Below are positions 8,871-19,439 of a DNA stretch of 51,783 nt, piece after piece. Position numbers and translations under genes: made by a program. The stretch covers positions 1-51,783 of the IMG/VR virus record IMGVR_UViG_3300031652_000006. The stretch is one strand, 5' to 3'. The DNA is from a virus (taxonomy: Duplodnaviria > Caudoviricetes). Each line of letters starts with the position of its first letter. The stretch's first letter is position 1. The notes below the pieces were generated by a model. That model was not told the origin of the DNA and searched no databases. It saw only the letters and a program-made list of their open reading frames with translations.

Positions 8871-9935
8871 ATGACTGATCTTACAAACCAATACACACCT
8901 CGAACAATGGTTGATGCTATGCGGCAAATAGCTAGACCAACTACGTTTTTATATGAAAAATTGGGCTTAATGAGCTCTGCAAAAATAAAGAGGCACAACA
9001 CTAAATACATTGAACTGGACAAAGTGTTCGGTAATCAGCTTGTAGCTGGGTATGTTAACAGACACGGTCCTGCTCACGTAGTTGGAAAGCTCGGTTACAG
9101 TAATGTAATCCATGTGTCTCCGTATCTTAAAGAAAAATATGTCTTTACTTCTGAGGATACTGAAGTCAGAGATCCAGGGATGACAATTTATGATGGTATC
9201 GCTAATATTGATGCGGCCGTCATGAATGCACTTAATGTATTGCGTGATCGATTTATTCGTATCGACGAACTACAAATTGCACAAGCTCTTCAGACAGGCA
9301 AGATAACAGTAAGTGGTGACGGTGTTTCTTTCGAAATTGATTTCGGCCAAGATGCTGGCCACCTGATTACACTTTCTGGAACTGCCCGTTGGACAGAATC
9401 AACATCTGACAAGCTCACACAGATTGGTACTTGGTGTTCGTTAATAGAAGATAAGGGGGCACCGACTCCCACCTGGATGATTGGTGAAAAGTCCGCAATT
9501 CAAAATCTTATTTCTGATACAAACGTAAAAGCGTTTCTAGATAACAGAGCAATCGAAATAGGTTCTATCAGGCCGCAGTATTTGAGTGCACAGAGAGCGA
9601 CATATGTTGGTACGCTCACTTATATCGGTTATAGCCTTGATTTGTATACGTACCAAGGTCTGTACGAAACAACAGATGGATCGACTGTCACAACGAATCG
9701 TTATATGACTACGTCGAATGTTATTCTTGGTAGTGATAATGCCGACGTTCGTAAGCACTACTGTAAAATCGAGAACTTGAAAGCAAAAGATCTCGGTTTC
9801 CGGGCGGATATGTTCCCGCTTATGGTTGAGATGGAAGATGGTAGCGCAGCTTATGTACAGCTGGAATCAGCACCGATGGTTGGCTTGCATCAGCCTAACG
9901 CTTTCGTTTGTGTCACAACTACTTCGGCGAGTTAA
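8871..9935 (+). CDS. Major capsid protein, lambda gpE family
   Basis: PTTFL, AQALQTGKI, IDFG, LESAP; size and synteny. Confidence 0.93.
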   Translation: MTDLTNQYTPRTMVDAMRQIARPTTFLYEKLGLMSSAKIKRHNTKYIELDKVFGNQLVAGYVNRHGPAHVVGKLGYSNVIHVSPYLKEKYVFTSEDTEVRDPGMTIYDGIANIDAAVMNALNVLRDRFIRIDELQIAQALQTGKITVSGDGVSFEIDFGQDAGHLITLSGTARWTESTSDKLTQIGTWCSLIEDKGAPTPTWMIGEKSAIQNLISDTNVKAFLDNRAIEIGSIRPQYLSAQRATYVGTLTYIGYSLDLYTYQGLYETTDGSTVTTNRYMTTSNVILGSDNADVRKHYCKIENLKAKDLGFRADMFPLMVEMEDGSAAYVQLESAPMVGLHQPNAFVCVTTTSAS

Positions 9936-9938
9936 ATC

Positions 9939-10220
9939 ATGTCACGCGTACGGATAATTTCAAACTGCTGTATAGACCATGATGGCATTTGTTACACGAG
10001 TGATGATGGTTGGTTTAATCTTCCGTGCAAAGCAGCAAAATATTTTGAGTCTAAGGGTTCTGTAGAAATAAGAGCATCAGATGATGAAGACGTCATTTTA
10101 GGGGATAATAAAGTATCGGTAATAGACGATTTAGATGAGATAGATTTTGACTCTCTTTGTACGGAAGAAGTAGCAAAAGAAAAAAAGCAAAAGAAAAACA
10201 GAAGACGAAAAAAGAATTAA
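9939..10220 (+). CDS. Small head-associated hypothetical protein
   Basis: Directly after the capsid gene; acidic then basic tail. Confidence 0.55.
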   Translation: MSRVRIISNCCIDHDGICYTSDDGWFNLPCKAAKYFESKGSVEIRASDDEDVILGDNKVSVIDDLDEIDFDSLCTEEVAKEKKQKKNRRRKKN

Positions 10221-10223
10221 ACT

Positions 10224-10643
10224 ATGCTGTCCGAAATATATACTAAAACTCTGTGGCAAATTTTCAACGGGAATATTGATTATACGAATGATGAATTTGC
10301 TGCTTATTTAATTAGCTACACCGCTTATACTCCGGATTCGGATAATGATACAGACATAGGTGATATTTCGGACAGCGCCATTTTGGCGACAGCAAATGTA
10401 ACAGGAAAATATATTGATGATCTTAATTTATATGCCGATTCGATAGTTTTTGAATCTGTGGATAATACTGGTGTTGATGGTGACGCTATAGTTATTTACA
10501 AAAAAGGAACAACTGTATCTGATAGTTTTCTTTATATGATTATCGATAGCAGTAAATCAATCACACTTCCTGTTACACCTGATGGAACTGATATAGTTGT
10601 TAATTGGCCAGTCGAAGGTTTAGTAGAAATAACAAAGTCATAA
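10224..10643 (+). CDS. Putative virion structural protein
   Basis: Acidic, beta-rich ORF in the morphogenesis operon (LPVTPDGTDIVVNW). Confidence 0.55.
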   Translation: MLSEIYTKTLWQIFNGNIDYTNDEFAAYLISYTAYTPDSDNDTDIGDISDSAILATANVTGKYIDDLNLYADSIVFESVDNTGVDGDAIVIYKKGTTVSDSFLYMIIDSSKSITLPVTPDGTDIVVNWPVEGLVEITKS

Positions 10644-11050
10644 TGCCAACTGTAACAATAGATTCTTCGATAAGTATAGATTTAGCTGTACAGCAAATTT
10701 CTGTATTAAAAAAGTCAATAGATTTTTTTAAGAATTTAATCTATTCAGATGACTTTATAAACAATTGGCTGAATACAAATGAGTTTGCGGTTACAGTAAC
10801 ATATCAGCACGCTATTGCTCGAACAGATGCGAATTATTCTTGTTTGTTTGATGATCCCCATGTTTCTTTTACTGTAGGTGAAGATCCTGGAATAAATAAT
10901 TTAAGACCACAAATTATGGTCTCCACAAGTGATTTAAAAGTTCGGCCAAATAAAAGTGACTATGTTTTCGTCGAAGGTAAAAAATATTTTGTTGACGACT
11001 ATGAACAAGATGGTGTCGGAACAACAACAATATATCTGAGGTCTGCATAA
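10643..11050 (+). CDS. Head closure / head-tail joining protein (FII-like)
   Basis: EFAVTVTY..DGVGTTTIYL; TAATG coupling at 10643; synteny. Confidence 0.7.
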   Translation: MPTVTIDSSISIDLAVQQISVLKKSIDFFKNLIYSDDFINNWLNTNEFAVTVTYQHAIARTDANYSCLFDDPHVSFTVGEDPGINNLRPQIMVSTSDLKVRPNKSDYVFVEGKKYFVDDYEQDGVGTTTIYLRSA

Positions 11051-11610
11051 TGTCTTTTAAACTAGTTCAACGTGCAATTATTAGACGGTATATACAGGAT
11101 ATGCTTATTGCTGATGTTGATATAGCGGATCGTGTTTTTACATCACGGCCTAACTCCGATTTATTTTTAGAAGAGTTACCAGCCATAAATATTCATTATG
11201 GGGAAGAGACAGCGACTCCTAACGTAGGTAACGATTTTTTTGTTTCTGAGTATAAAAAAATTGTTGAAGTAAATATTACTATTTGTGTTTATGATCAAAT
11301 TAAGATAAACGAGCAACCGGTCAAAACAAAACGTGGTCAGGATTATTTAGATTACTTAAGTTGGCAAGTTGAGCGATCATTTAGAAATGATCTTCGTTTG
11401 GCGCGTCGTTTACCAGATTTTGACGCCGATACAAATTATATGGGCTTGATTCACTCGAGTAAATTATTGGGAGTTTTGACATACGATATAGACACAAAAA
11501 ATGATATTGGTTGTCTAGGCAGTATGCTGAGATATGAACTAGTCTATGATGAACCGGGCTATATGGATAATATATATCCAGACTTTGAAGAAGCTTACAT
11601 TACTACATAG
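11050..11610 (+). CDS. Tail terminator / completion protein
   Basis: RVFTSR..ELPAINI motif; upstream of sheath. Confidence 0.7.
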   Translation: MSFKLVQRAIIRRYIQDMLIADVDIADRVFTSRPNSDLFLEELPAINIHYGEETATPNVGNDFFVSEYKKIVEVNITICVYDQIKINEQPVKTKRGQDYLDYLSWQVERSFRNDLRLARRLPDFDADTNYMGLIHSSKLLGVLTYDIDTKNDIGCLGSMLRYELVYDEPGYMDNIYPDFEEAYITT

Positions 11611-11619
11611 GTACAGTAG

Positions 11620-11823
11620 ATGAAAATTTTTGTAAAACCGAGTAGACCAGATTTAATTGTGAAGGATAAGTTTGATCGAACAATACCATCCAATGGAAAG
11701 AGTGTTTGTTATGACGTGTTTATTAAGAGATTACTAAAAAGTGGTGACTTAGTAAAAACAAACAAACCTAAAAACATAAGTAAAAAACAAGAGGAAAACG
11801 ATGCCAACAGCCGTACCAAGTAA
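11620..11823 (+). CDS. Mu gp38-like small protein (DUF2635-like)
   Basis: MKIFVKP..VKD..RLLKSGDLV; immediately before sheath. Confidence 0.75.
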   Translation: MKIFVKPSRPDLIVKDKFDRTIPSNGKSVCYDVFIKRLLKSGDLVKTNKPKNISKKQEENDANSRTK

Positions 11824-13279
11824 TATCATTATACCGTTTGTCGGGATTAGCTTCGACAACTCTTTATCTGGCGCTGCCTCGTCGGATGTTCCGGTCAAAT
11901 TACTGTTGATAGGGCAGCGTACATCCTCTGGTAGTGTAGCAGCTGAAATAGTTTATCTAGCTACAAACGCTAACGATGTTGGAGCCAAGTCTGGGTTTGG
12001 TTCTCAGTTGCACAGGATGGCTTTGTTTGCTACGGCAAACAACAAGACAGTACCTATGTATTGTGTTGGGCTTGACGATGCTGCTACATCGACAGCGGCT
12101 ACATCTGTGTGGACATTAAGTGGGACGGCCACAGCTAGCGGAGAGTATGTAACATATGTTGGAGGACAGCGTTATGCGGTAGGTGTTTCTATCGGGGACG
12201 CCGCCGCAGATATACAGATTGCGTTGACAACAGCTTTAACAGCTGATGTTAACAATTTACCTGTTACCGCTGCCGATGATGCAAGCGGCGAGATGACGCT
12301 TACTGCCAAGAACAAAGGTATAGCGGCTGGTGATCTTGATGTACGATTTAATGCTAATTTAGGTGAACAGTTGCCGGCAGGTTTGTCACTAACATCAGTT
12401 ACATTTACTGCTGGAACAGTAGACCCCGATGTCGCAGACGCATTAGCTGTACTAGGTTCAGATTGGTTTAATGTTATAGCGCAACCGTATACGGATAACA
12501 CCAATATGAATCTTATAGAAGCTTACCTTGATAGCGTTAACGCTCCTATGGAAATGCGTGACGCAATGTGCTATCAATCTCTTCGGGATACGCTAGCTAA
12601 CACTATTACGTATGGTTCTGACACGACAAATAGAAATAGCGAATGGATGGTTACGTTAGCTGTATATAAAAGAATGCAAAGTACATTCGAGATTGCATCC
12701 GAGGTTGCGGGTTTGACCGCGGTATCTATTCAGGATGACCCAGCAGTACCACTGCATAGGATGAATCTAATGAAAACGACTGCTCTTGATACAATAGATA
12801 AGTGGACAGCTGTTGAACGTAATTTGTTGGCTTTGTCTGGTATAGCTACGCTTTCTGATGATGTTGGTGTACAAACAGAAGCGACCGTCACTATGTATTT
12901 AAAAAACGACGCGGGCGCTGATGATACATCGTATCAACAGCAAAATACAATGTTTACCTTAAGCTCACTTCGTTATCGCTTTAGAAACTGGATTCTGTCT
13001 CGGTATCCCAGAGCAAAGCTTGCGTCTAACGCAGATTTAATAGGACCCGGGCAACAGATAATGACTCTTGATACGGCGAGAGATGAGGCAGTTGCTTGGT
13101 TTAAGCAAGCGCAACGTGATGGACTTGTTGAGCCTTCTCCTGCAGCGTTGACACAATTTAAAGCTGATTTAATTGTGGAAAGAGATTCTGGTAATGCAAA
13201 TAGAATAAATTGGATCTTACCGCCCGATCTGATGAACTTATTCATTGTCGGCAGTTCTGTAATTCAATTCCGACAGTAA
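11801..13279 (+). CDS. Tail sheath protein, Mu gpL-like
   Basis: LLIGQ, GFGSQLHRM, TAKNKGIAA, DDPAVPL, YPRAKLA. Confidence 0.95.
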   Translation: MPTAVPSNIIIPFVGISFDNSLSGAASSDVPVKLLLIGQRTSSGSVAAEIVYLATNANDVGAKSGFGSQLHRMALFATANNKTVPMYCVGLDDAATSTAATSVWTLSGTATASGEYVTYVGGQRYAVGVSIGDAAADIQIALTTALTADVNNLPVTAADDASGEMTLTAKNKGIAAGDLDVRFNANLGEQLPAGLSLTSVTFTAGTVDPDVADALAVLGSDWFNVIAQPYTDNTNMNLIEAYLDSVNAPMEMRDAMCYQSLRDTLANTITYGSDTTNRNSEWMVTLAVYKRMQSTFEIASEVAGLTAVSIQDDPAVPLHRMNLMKTTALDTIDKWTAVERNLLALSGIATLSDDVGVQTEATVTMYLKNDAGADDTSYQQQNTMFTLSSLRYRFRNWILSRYPRAKLASNADLIGPGQQIMTLDTARDEAVAWFKQAQRDGLVEPSPAALTQFKADLIVERDSGNANRINWILPPDLMNLFIVGSSVIQFRQ

Positions 13280-13292
13280 AGGTGTTAATACA

Positions 13293-13661
13293 ATGGGTGT
13301 CAAAAGGATAGCAGGATTTTTCGAAATTAAATATAACGGCATTAGTGTAAACGGTAGAGGAGACTTTACATTTAATCCAGGTCAACCGAAAAGAGAGGCC
13401 TTAATAAGCTCACGTACTGTTGACGGCTTTTCTGAGAAGGTTCAAGCTCCAACATTAAAAGGGATGATCACAGACTTTGGTGATTTACATGTTGTCGACG
13501 ATATTTTGAATATGGTCGGTGCAACTGTCACTGTAAAATCTGGTAATGGTAAAACGTATATGCTAGAAGATGCTTGGTATTCTGGTGACGGGGAAATTAG
13601 CTTTGAAAACGGAACTGTTCAGTTTGAATGCACAGGTGTTAGCGCTGAGGAAATGGGTTAA
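13293..13661 (+). CDS. Tail tube protein, Mu gpM-like
   Basis: KRIAG..KRE..GFSE..GNGKTY..AW; follows sheath. Confidence 0.9.
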   Translation: MGVKRIAGFFEIKYNGISVNGRGDFTFNPGQPKREALISSRTVDGFSEKVQAPTLKGMITDFGDLHVVDDILNMVGATVTVKSGNGKTYMLEDAWYSGDGEISFENGTVQFECTGVSAEEMG

Positions 13662-13964
13662 ATGACGAAAGAAAAACTAGTAACATTACCGCGCACTATT
13701 ACATTAAGTAAAGAAGTGACTATCGGTAATAAGGTAATCACACAGATAGAATTTGTGCGAGAACCGACAGCTGGATCGCTCGGTAAGCTGCCTATCATGA
13801 CTGAACATCAAAACATTGAACATTTTTTTCCAGTAATAGCTGCTATGACCGATCACCCAACCGTGGTTATTGAGAGACTCAGCTTTAAAGATTTTCAGAA
13901 GTGTCTGGCGGTAACACTCCCTTTTACGCAAGATTCGGAGATTGGCGACATGACTTCCGATTAA
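13662..13964 (+). CDS. Tail assembly chaperone
   Basis: REPTAG..IERLSFKDF; between tube and tape measure. Confidence 0.88.
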   Translation: MTKEKLVTLPRTITLSKEVTIGNKVITQIEFVREPTAGSLGKLPIMTEHQNIEHFFPVIAAMTDHPTVVIERLSFKDFQKCLAVTLPFTQDSEIGDMTSD

Positions 13965-14071
13965 TTGCAAGAATGTATAGATGGACACCGTCAGAGCTCA
14001 AAAAATTGACTGCCGATGAGTTAATTTTTTGGAGCAAAGCAGCTAAAGAATACGCAGAAGGTCGCTATTAA
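13919..14071 (+). CDS. -1 frameshift extension of the tail chaperone (G-T type); slippery site CCCTTTT at 13919-13925
   Basis: C CCT TTT is correctly phased; -1 frame reads ..WRHDFRLIARMYRWTPSELKKLTADELIFW..* and ends on the tape measure ATG. Confidence 0.85.
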   Translation, partial: PFYARFGDWRHDFRLIARMYRWTPSELKKLTADELIFWSKAAKEYAEGRY

Positions 14072-16155
14072 TGCCTACGCTAGCACCAGTAAAAGTTGAT
14101 ATTATTGGAGGTGACCAGTACACTAAGACTTTTAGCAATATGACTAAAAGTTTAAAATCTATTAGTGGTAAAGTTACTGCTACAGGTAAGTCGTTAACGG
14201 CTGGTTTAACTGTTCCGATAGTTGGTGTAGCGGTTGCCGGAATTAAAATGTCTAACGACATGAATAAAGCTATGGCCAACGTTGGTACGCTTATTCCGGG
14301 ACAGCGTGATCGTTTAGAAAAATTAAAACAGAGTGTCTTGGACTTAGGGGTAGCTACTGGTGCGAGCTCACAGGATATTGCTGACGGTCTATATGAAACT
14401 ATATCTGCATTTGGTAGCGCGGAAGACCCGATGAATAAATTGGCAATCGCTACTCGTATGTCGGTTGCAGGCATATCCACAGTTAAGGATTCGCTAAAAC
14501 TTGTGTCGGCTGTAACTAAAGGTTATGGTGATACTAGCGACGCGGCCGCGCAACAAGTCTCGGATATGGCTTTCAAGACAGTAGAGTTGGGGCAAACTAC
14601 CTTTCCTGAACTAGCTGCTTCTATTGGTAACGTTGTACCATTAGCGACAACACTTGGTATAAAACAAAAAGAATTATTTACTGGATTTGCGACACTAACA
14701 GGTGTCACAGGAAATGCGTCTGAAGTTTCTACTCAATTTGCTTCTGCACTAGGTGCTTTTATAAAACCGTCTGCTGACATGACTAAAACCGTAAAGAAAT
14801 TAGGTTACGAGTCATCTGTTGCGATGGTAAAAGAATTAGGTTTGAAAGAATCTTTAAATAAATTAAATGAAACAACAGGCGGTAGTGAAATAAAATTAGG
14901 TAAATTATTAACGCGAAAAGAGGGACTAAATTTAGCATTAACTCTGTTGGGACCGCAGTCTGCTAATTTTACCGAAAAATTAAAACAGATGGGTCAAGCA
15001 GCTGGTGCTACAGACAAAGCGTTTGCCGAACAGAATGATGGTATTAACAAAACAGGTGCTGCGTTTAATCAATTGACAGAGATTGGTTGTAAGTTTTTAG
15101 TACAGATAGGTGATAAGCTAGCACCTATTATATTGAATATTTTAAAAAAGCTACAACCGTTTGTCGATACTATATCAAATCTATCAGACGAGACTCTAGA
15201 GTTTGGTTTAAAACTTGGTGGTTTGCTCGCAGCGGTTGGACCCGTACTGCTCATTGTTGGTAAATTGGGTGGTGGTGTGTCTGGCTTAATGGCTTTGATT
15301 GGTGGGGCTGGTGGTTTGGGTGCTGTGTTTGCAGCTTTGACGGGTCCAGTTGGTATAGCTATCGCCGCTGTTGCTGCGTTTACTGCGGCCATGATTTATT
15401 TATGGGATGAGATTGCTCCAATTAGAGAAGCTGTGTTGGATCCGATAAAAAATACAATTGCTGATATAGCTAATGTTTTATCTTTTTCCACAGATGGTGC
15501 TAGCAGTTTTGGGGCTTCGATAAAAGATTTGACAGCTAAGATTTCGAGTCTCATCGCACCAGTTATAAAAGTAGCGGTATCGTTGTTTCTAATGCCATTG
15601 CGAATGATTGCACGTTGGGTTCGTATTGGTATTGAAGTATTTGGTATACTCGGCAAAGTTTTTTCCACTGTGTGGAGTGTAATTAAACTAGGTATTGGCT
15701 ATATTTCAAATCTGTGGAAAGAGTTTAAAGAAGGTACGGTGGTTGGACAGATATTGGTATCAGCTTTTAATACTGTTGCGGAAGTTGTTGGTAAAGTTTG
15801 GGAAAAGATAAAAGGCTTGTGGGATGTCGTAACAGGGTTTTTCGGTACCATTGGTGAAGTATTATCTGATTTAAATGATGAGGTAACCATAGCTGTTAAG
15901 AAACAAGAAGAGAAAACCGATGGAGTCAAGGCTAAAGCAGAAGTTGATGTAAAGAAATCGGGTACAACAAAAGAAGATAGCGATATAATACAAAACCCAC
16001 AACTGTTAGAGTCATTATCACTAAAAGAGCAAAAAGCATCTTTTGATATTAGTATAAAAGGTTTGGGTCAAGGGATGTCTGCTGAAGTAACAAATGCTAA
16101 GGGAGGAAAAATAAAACTGAATACTAAAGGCGGTATAATGGAGGGGAACATATAA
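14071..16155 (+). CDS. Tail tape measure protein
   Basis: LTAGLTVPIVG, TVELGQTTFPELA core; Gly/Ala hydrophobic and W-periodic segments. Confidence 0.95.
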   Translation: MPTLAPVKVDIIGGDQYTKTFSNMTKSLKSISGKVTATGKSLTAGLTVPIVGVAVAGIKMSNDMNKAMANVGTLIPGQRDRLEKLKQSVLDLGVATGASSQDIADGLYETISAFGSAEDPMNKLAIATRMSVAGISTVKDSLKLVSAVTKGYGDTSDAAAQQVSDMAFKTVELGQTTFPELAASIGNVVPLATTLGIKQKELFTGFATLTGVTGNASEVSTQFASALGAFIKPSADMTKTVKKLGYESSVAMVKELGLKESLNKLNETTGGSEIKLGKLLTRKEGLNLALTLLGPQSANFTEKLKQMGQAAGATDKAFAEQNDGINKTGAAFNQLTEIGCKFLVQIGDKLAPIILNILKKLQPFVDTISNLSDETLEFGLKLGGLLAAVGPVLLIVGKLGGGVSGLMALIGGAGGLGAVFAALTGPVGIAIAAVAAFTAAMIYLWDEIAPIREAVLDPIKNTIADIANVLSFSTDGASSFGASIKDLTAKISSLIAPVIKVAVSLFLMPLRMIARWVRIGIEVFGILGKVFSTVWSVIKLGIGYISNLWKEFKEGTVVGQILVSAFNTVAEVVGKVWEKIKGLWDVVTGFFGTIGEVLSDLNDEVTIAVKKQEEKTDGVKAKAEVDVKKSGTTKEDSDIIQNPQLLESLSLKEQKASFDISIKGLGQGMSAEVTNAKGGKIKLNTKGGIMEGNI

Positions 16156-17357
16156 TGGGTTGGAAAGAACAGTATTTGCCAGCGTCGTTCGGAAGTGTTC
16201 CTTTTTATGCAAAAGTATCATCTGTCAAAGGAGGTCGACGTCTCGTTACACATATGTATCCACAGTCTGACACGGTGGAACATGAGGATTTAGGGGCTGA
16301 CGACACTAAATTTTCGTTTAACGCCTATATAGTTGGTGACGATTATTTTTCAGCACGCGATAAGCTTGAAACTGAATTTAGAAAAAATACGGTTGGAAGA
16401 TTGGTTCATCCGTTTCGCAACGCGATAAATGTCAGAGTCGAATCGTATGCTTTGACTGAAGAAGCTGATCGCGGCGGTGTTGTTTTTTTTAATGTTACAT
16501 TTGTATTAGATCCAGAGCCTGCTTTAGCTGTTGTTGCGGATACAAAAAAACAAGTCGAATTGGTTAGCGCTGAATTAGATGTTGCCGTCGCTGACTGGTT
16601 TGAAGCTGTTTATGATATTGATAATATTTCTTTTGGTATACTAGATGATATTTTAGATACGCTCGATAGTGTTTTAGGTGTACTTGATAACGTAAAAAAA
16701 GCCGCTGCTACTGCGGCCGCTTTTAAACGACAGATTAGTAATATTCGTGGCAAGCTTATTTCGTTGCGAGTAAACGCGGGAGCTATAGCGTTCACCATGA
16801 AAGGTGTTGTAGATTTTGCTGTCGATACTGCTGATGACTTAGGTAATTTATTTTCAGCTAAAGATCAAAGTCGAGAGCAAAAACAAATATATGATAGTAC
16901 TAAGACACCATATACAAGCAATGTTACCTCAGACGTTGCTGAGAATTCAAGCTATCCATCAAAACAAATAAGGAATTTGGTAGCCTATAATACAGTCGCA
17001 TCTACAATGAAGCTTATGACAAAGATTAATTTTAAATCATCTAAGGATATAGCTGATGAACAAAAAATATTATTTGCGTCTATAGATGAGTTGTCTAATG
17101 ATAGCAGTATTGATGACACTATTTTTTCTGTGTTGCGAAAAGCCAGGGCGGTTGTATATAAATATTTGAGTGAAGAGGTTGAAGAGTTACCTAGTATTAT
17201 AACTATTACTCCACAGAGAAGTCGAAATACTTTAGAGCTGGCCAATGATTTTTATGGAAATATATCAGAGGAGCAAATCCTTATAGATTTAAACGGGATT
17301 ATACATCCGGGTTTTATACCGAAGCATGTAGAATTTTATTTGAGAACTAGGGTATGA
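16155..17357 (+). CDS. DNA circularization protein, Mu gpN-like
   Basis: WKEQYLPASFGSVPF, GGRR, EDLG, GRLVHP, IHPGFIP. Confidence 0.92.
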   Translation: MGWKEQYLPASFGSVPFYAKVSSVKGGRRLVTHMYPQSDTVEHEDLGADDTKFSFNAYIVGDDYFSARDKLETEFRKNTVGRLVHPFRNAINVRVESYALTEEADRGGVVFFNVTFVLDPEPALAVVADTKKQVELVSAELDVAVADWFEAVYDIDNISFGILDDILDTLDSVLGVLDNVKKAAATAAAFKRQISNIRGKLISLRVNAGAIAFTMKGVVDFAVDTADDLGNLFSAKDQSREQKQIYDSTKTPYTSNVTSDVAENSSYPSKQIRNLVAYNTVASTMKLMTKINFKSSKDIADEQKILFASIDELSNDSSIDDTIFSVLRKARAVVYKYLSEEVEELPSIITITPQRSRNTLELANDFYGNISEEQILIDLNGIIHPGFIPKHVEFYLRTRV

Positions 17358-18406
17358 GCACTGTTGAGATAGAAATAGGTGGCCGGTTGTTTTCAGGGTG
17401 GAAGTCTGTTCGTATAGACACGGATATTGAATCTCTCTCGTCTAGTTTTTCCGTAGGTGCCCGCGATAAAGATGGCCTGCTATCAAGTATTGTTGCTGGA
17501 ACTGAGTGTAAAGTATATATTGTTGATAAGACAAAAAAGTTGGTATTGGATGGGCATGTTGTTCAAAGAGAAAGATCTTTAACGTCTAGTGCGCATGATG
17601 TGTCTATATCTGGAAATGATAAACTAGCAGATCTTGTGGATTGTTCTGCTATAAAAAGTAATCGTGTGTGGATTAAAAAGAAATTCACAGCTATCATTAA
17701 AGCTGTAGCTTCTGAATTTTCAATAGATGTTAATACTACAGCTGTGGCGAGTGATCCTATTATCGATAAATATGTATTACAAACAGGTGAATCAGCTTTC
17801 GACACTATAGAGAGACTGTGTAGAACTCAAGGTGTTTTACCTATTAGTTCTTTCGATGGTAAATTGATTTTATCTTACGCGGCAACTGCCGCTGAAAGAT
17901 GTGTGGAAAATTTAGTTGTTGGTCAAAATATTCTAGATATTAAAGAGACTTCCGATTGGAACGAACGATTTAGTCAATATATATGTATATCACAAAACGC
18001 AGGTAATGGAAAAAAGTGGGATGCGGCTATATTGCAATGTAAAGCTGTATCATCAGATGCGTCGGTTACTCGGTATCGTCCGAAATTATTCACAGCAGAA
18101 AATAGATCTGATAACGCGATGTTAGTGAAGCGTGCCAATTGGGAAGCACAAGTAAGAGCAGGAAGATCAACAACTTATTCGCTGTCTGTATACGGTTGGT
18201 TCCAGAAAATAGCTGGTATCCCGACAACAACGTTGTGGGAAAAGAATAAGCGTATAAATTTAAAAGTGGACGCCTGGGATATAGATGAAGAATTGTTGGT
18301 AACTAGTGTTTCTTATTCACTAGATGATAATGGTGAAATTACATCTTTAACATTGCGACATCCAGACACTTATTTGAAAGATCCCACAGCGAGCATATCG
18401 ATATGA
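17354..18406 (+). CDS. Baseplate hub, Mu gpP-like
   Basis: FSGWKSV, DLVDCSA, GES, ERFSQY, RYRP, RANWE. Confidence 0.92.
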   Translation: MSTVEIEIGGRLFSGWKSVRIDTDIESLSSSFSVGARDKDGLLSSIVAGTECKVYIVDKTKKLVLDGHVVQRERSLTSSAHDVSISGNDKLADLVDCSAIKSNRVWIKKKFTAIIKAVASEFSIDVNTTAVASDPIIDKYVLQTGESAFDTIERLCRTQGVLPISSFDGKLILSYAATAAERCVENLVVGQNILDIKETSDWNERFSQYICISQNAGNGKKWDAAILQCKAVSSDASVTRYRPKLFTAENRSDNAMLVKRANWEAQVRAGRSTTYSLSVYGWFQKIAGIPTTTLWEKNKRINLKVDAWDIDEELLVTSVSYSLDDNGEITSLTLRHPDTYLKDPTASISI

Positions 18407-18948
18407 AATCTAAAATAATAGGCAGATTAACATCGATGATTGTCAAAGGTTTGGTGAAGGCTATTGATGACAGTACACAAGTACAATTGGTAAAAGTAGC
18501 GACGCGGCCTAATGAAATTATAGACGGTATGGAGAGAATTCAAAATTACGGGTTGAGTTCTAATCCGCCTGAAAACGGTGAAGCTGTTGTTGTGTTTGTT
18601 AACAGTAATAGTGAAAACGGTGTGGTCATAGCTTGCGACTCTGCAAGCGATCGTCCTACAGGCAATGACGCCGGTGATGTTTTACTATACTCAACACACG
18701 GGCAAATTATAAAACTTGGATCTGATACTAATATAGTGGCCACGCAAAGCGGAACTTTTAATATTGGTAATGGTAGTGATTTTGTTGCAATGTCTGCGAA
18801 AACAGATGCCTTGTTTACAGCTGTCCAGACTGCGTGCGCTACATTCGTTCCACCTGGCATTCCGGATGGAGGCGCCGCTTTAGCCACAGCTATAGCCAGT
18901 GCATTGTCTAGTATTGTTACCGCGTCTACAAACTTAAAGGCTGATTAA
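18403..18948 (+). CDS. Baseplate spike, Mu gp45-like
   Basis: ERIQNYGLSSNPP..EAVVVF..GDVLLY. Confidence 0.9.
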   Translation: MKSKIIGRLTSMIVKGLVKAIDDSTQVQLVKVATRPNEIIDGMERIQNYGLSSNPPENGEAVVVFVNSNSENGVVIACDSASDRPTGNDAGDVLLYSTHGQIIKLGSDTNIVATQSGTFNIGNGSDFVAMSAKTDALFTAVQTACATFVPPGIPDGGAALATAIASALSSIVTASTNLKAD

Positions 18949-18950
18949 TA

Positions 18951-19439
18951 ATGCAACTGCTGAATGATTTTAAATTCGAGTACAAGGCATCTACAGCAAC
19001 TACATTAGGTCCAGCCGATTTTGTTGTTTCAGGAAAAGATGTAATTTCAGATTCTACGTTTGAAACCTGTGTTACTATAACGCTTGGTACAGATGCTAGA
19101 GCAGCGGATTCTGATGTACTGCCGGCTGGTGTTACAACGAGGCGTGGTTACTGGGCAAACAATTTGTTAGGTGTAAATTTAGGTTGTAAACTTTGGCTAT
19201 TAGGTAGATCAAAACTAGACAACTTAACGGTTGCTTTGGCAAAGCAGTATGTAGAAGAAGGGTTCAATTGGATGGTAAGTGATGGTATAGTATCTTCAGT
19301 CGAAGTTACTGTATCAAGATACAATAGTCGTCAATTGAATTTTTTTGTTGTTTTTGTACGACCTGACCTATCAGAAATTGAGTTTAAATTTTTTGCTAAT
19401 TGGGAAAGCAATACTATAGGTAATTTAAATGTTAACTAG
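18951..19439 (+). CDS. Baseplate wedge protein, Mu gp46-like
   Basis: TDARA, RRGYWA, GCKLWLLGRSK, WMVSDG. Confidence 0.9.
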   Translation: MQLLNDFKFEYKASTATTLGPADFVVSGKDVISDSTFETCVTITLGTDARAADSDVLPAGVTTRRGYWANNLLGVNLGCKLWLLGRSKLDNLTVALAKQYVEEGFNWMVSDGIVSSVEVTVSRYNSRQLNFFVVFVRPDLSEIEFKFFANWESNTIGNLNVN

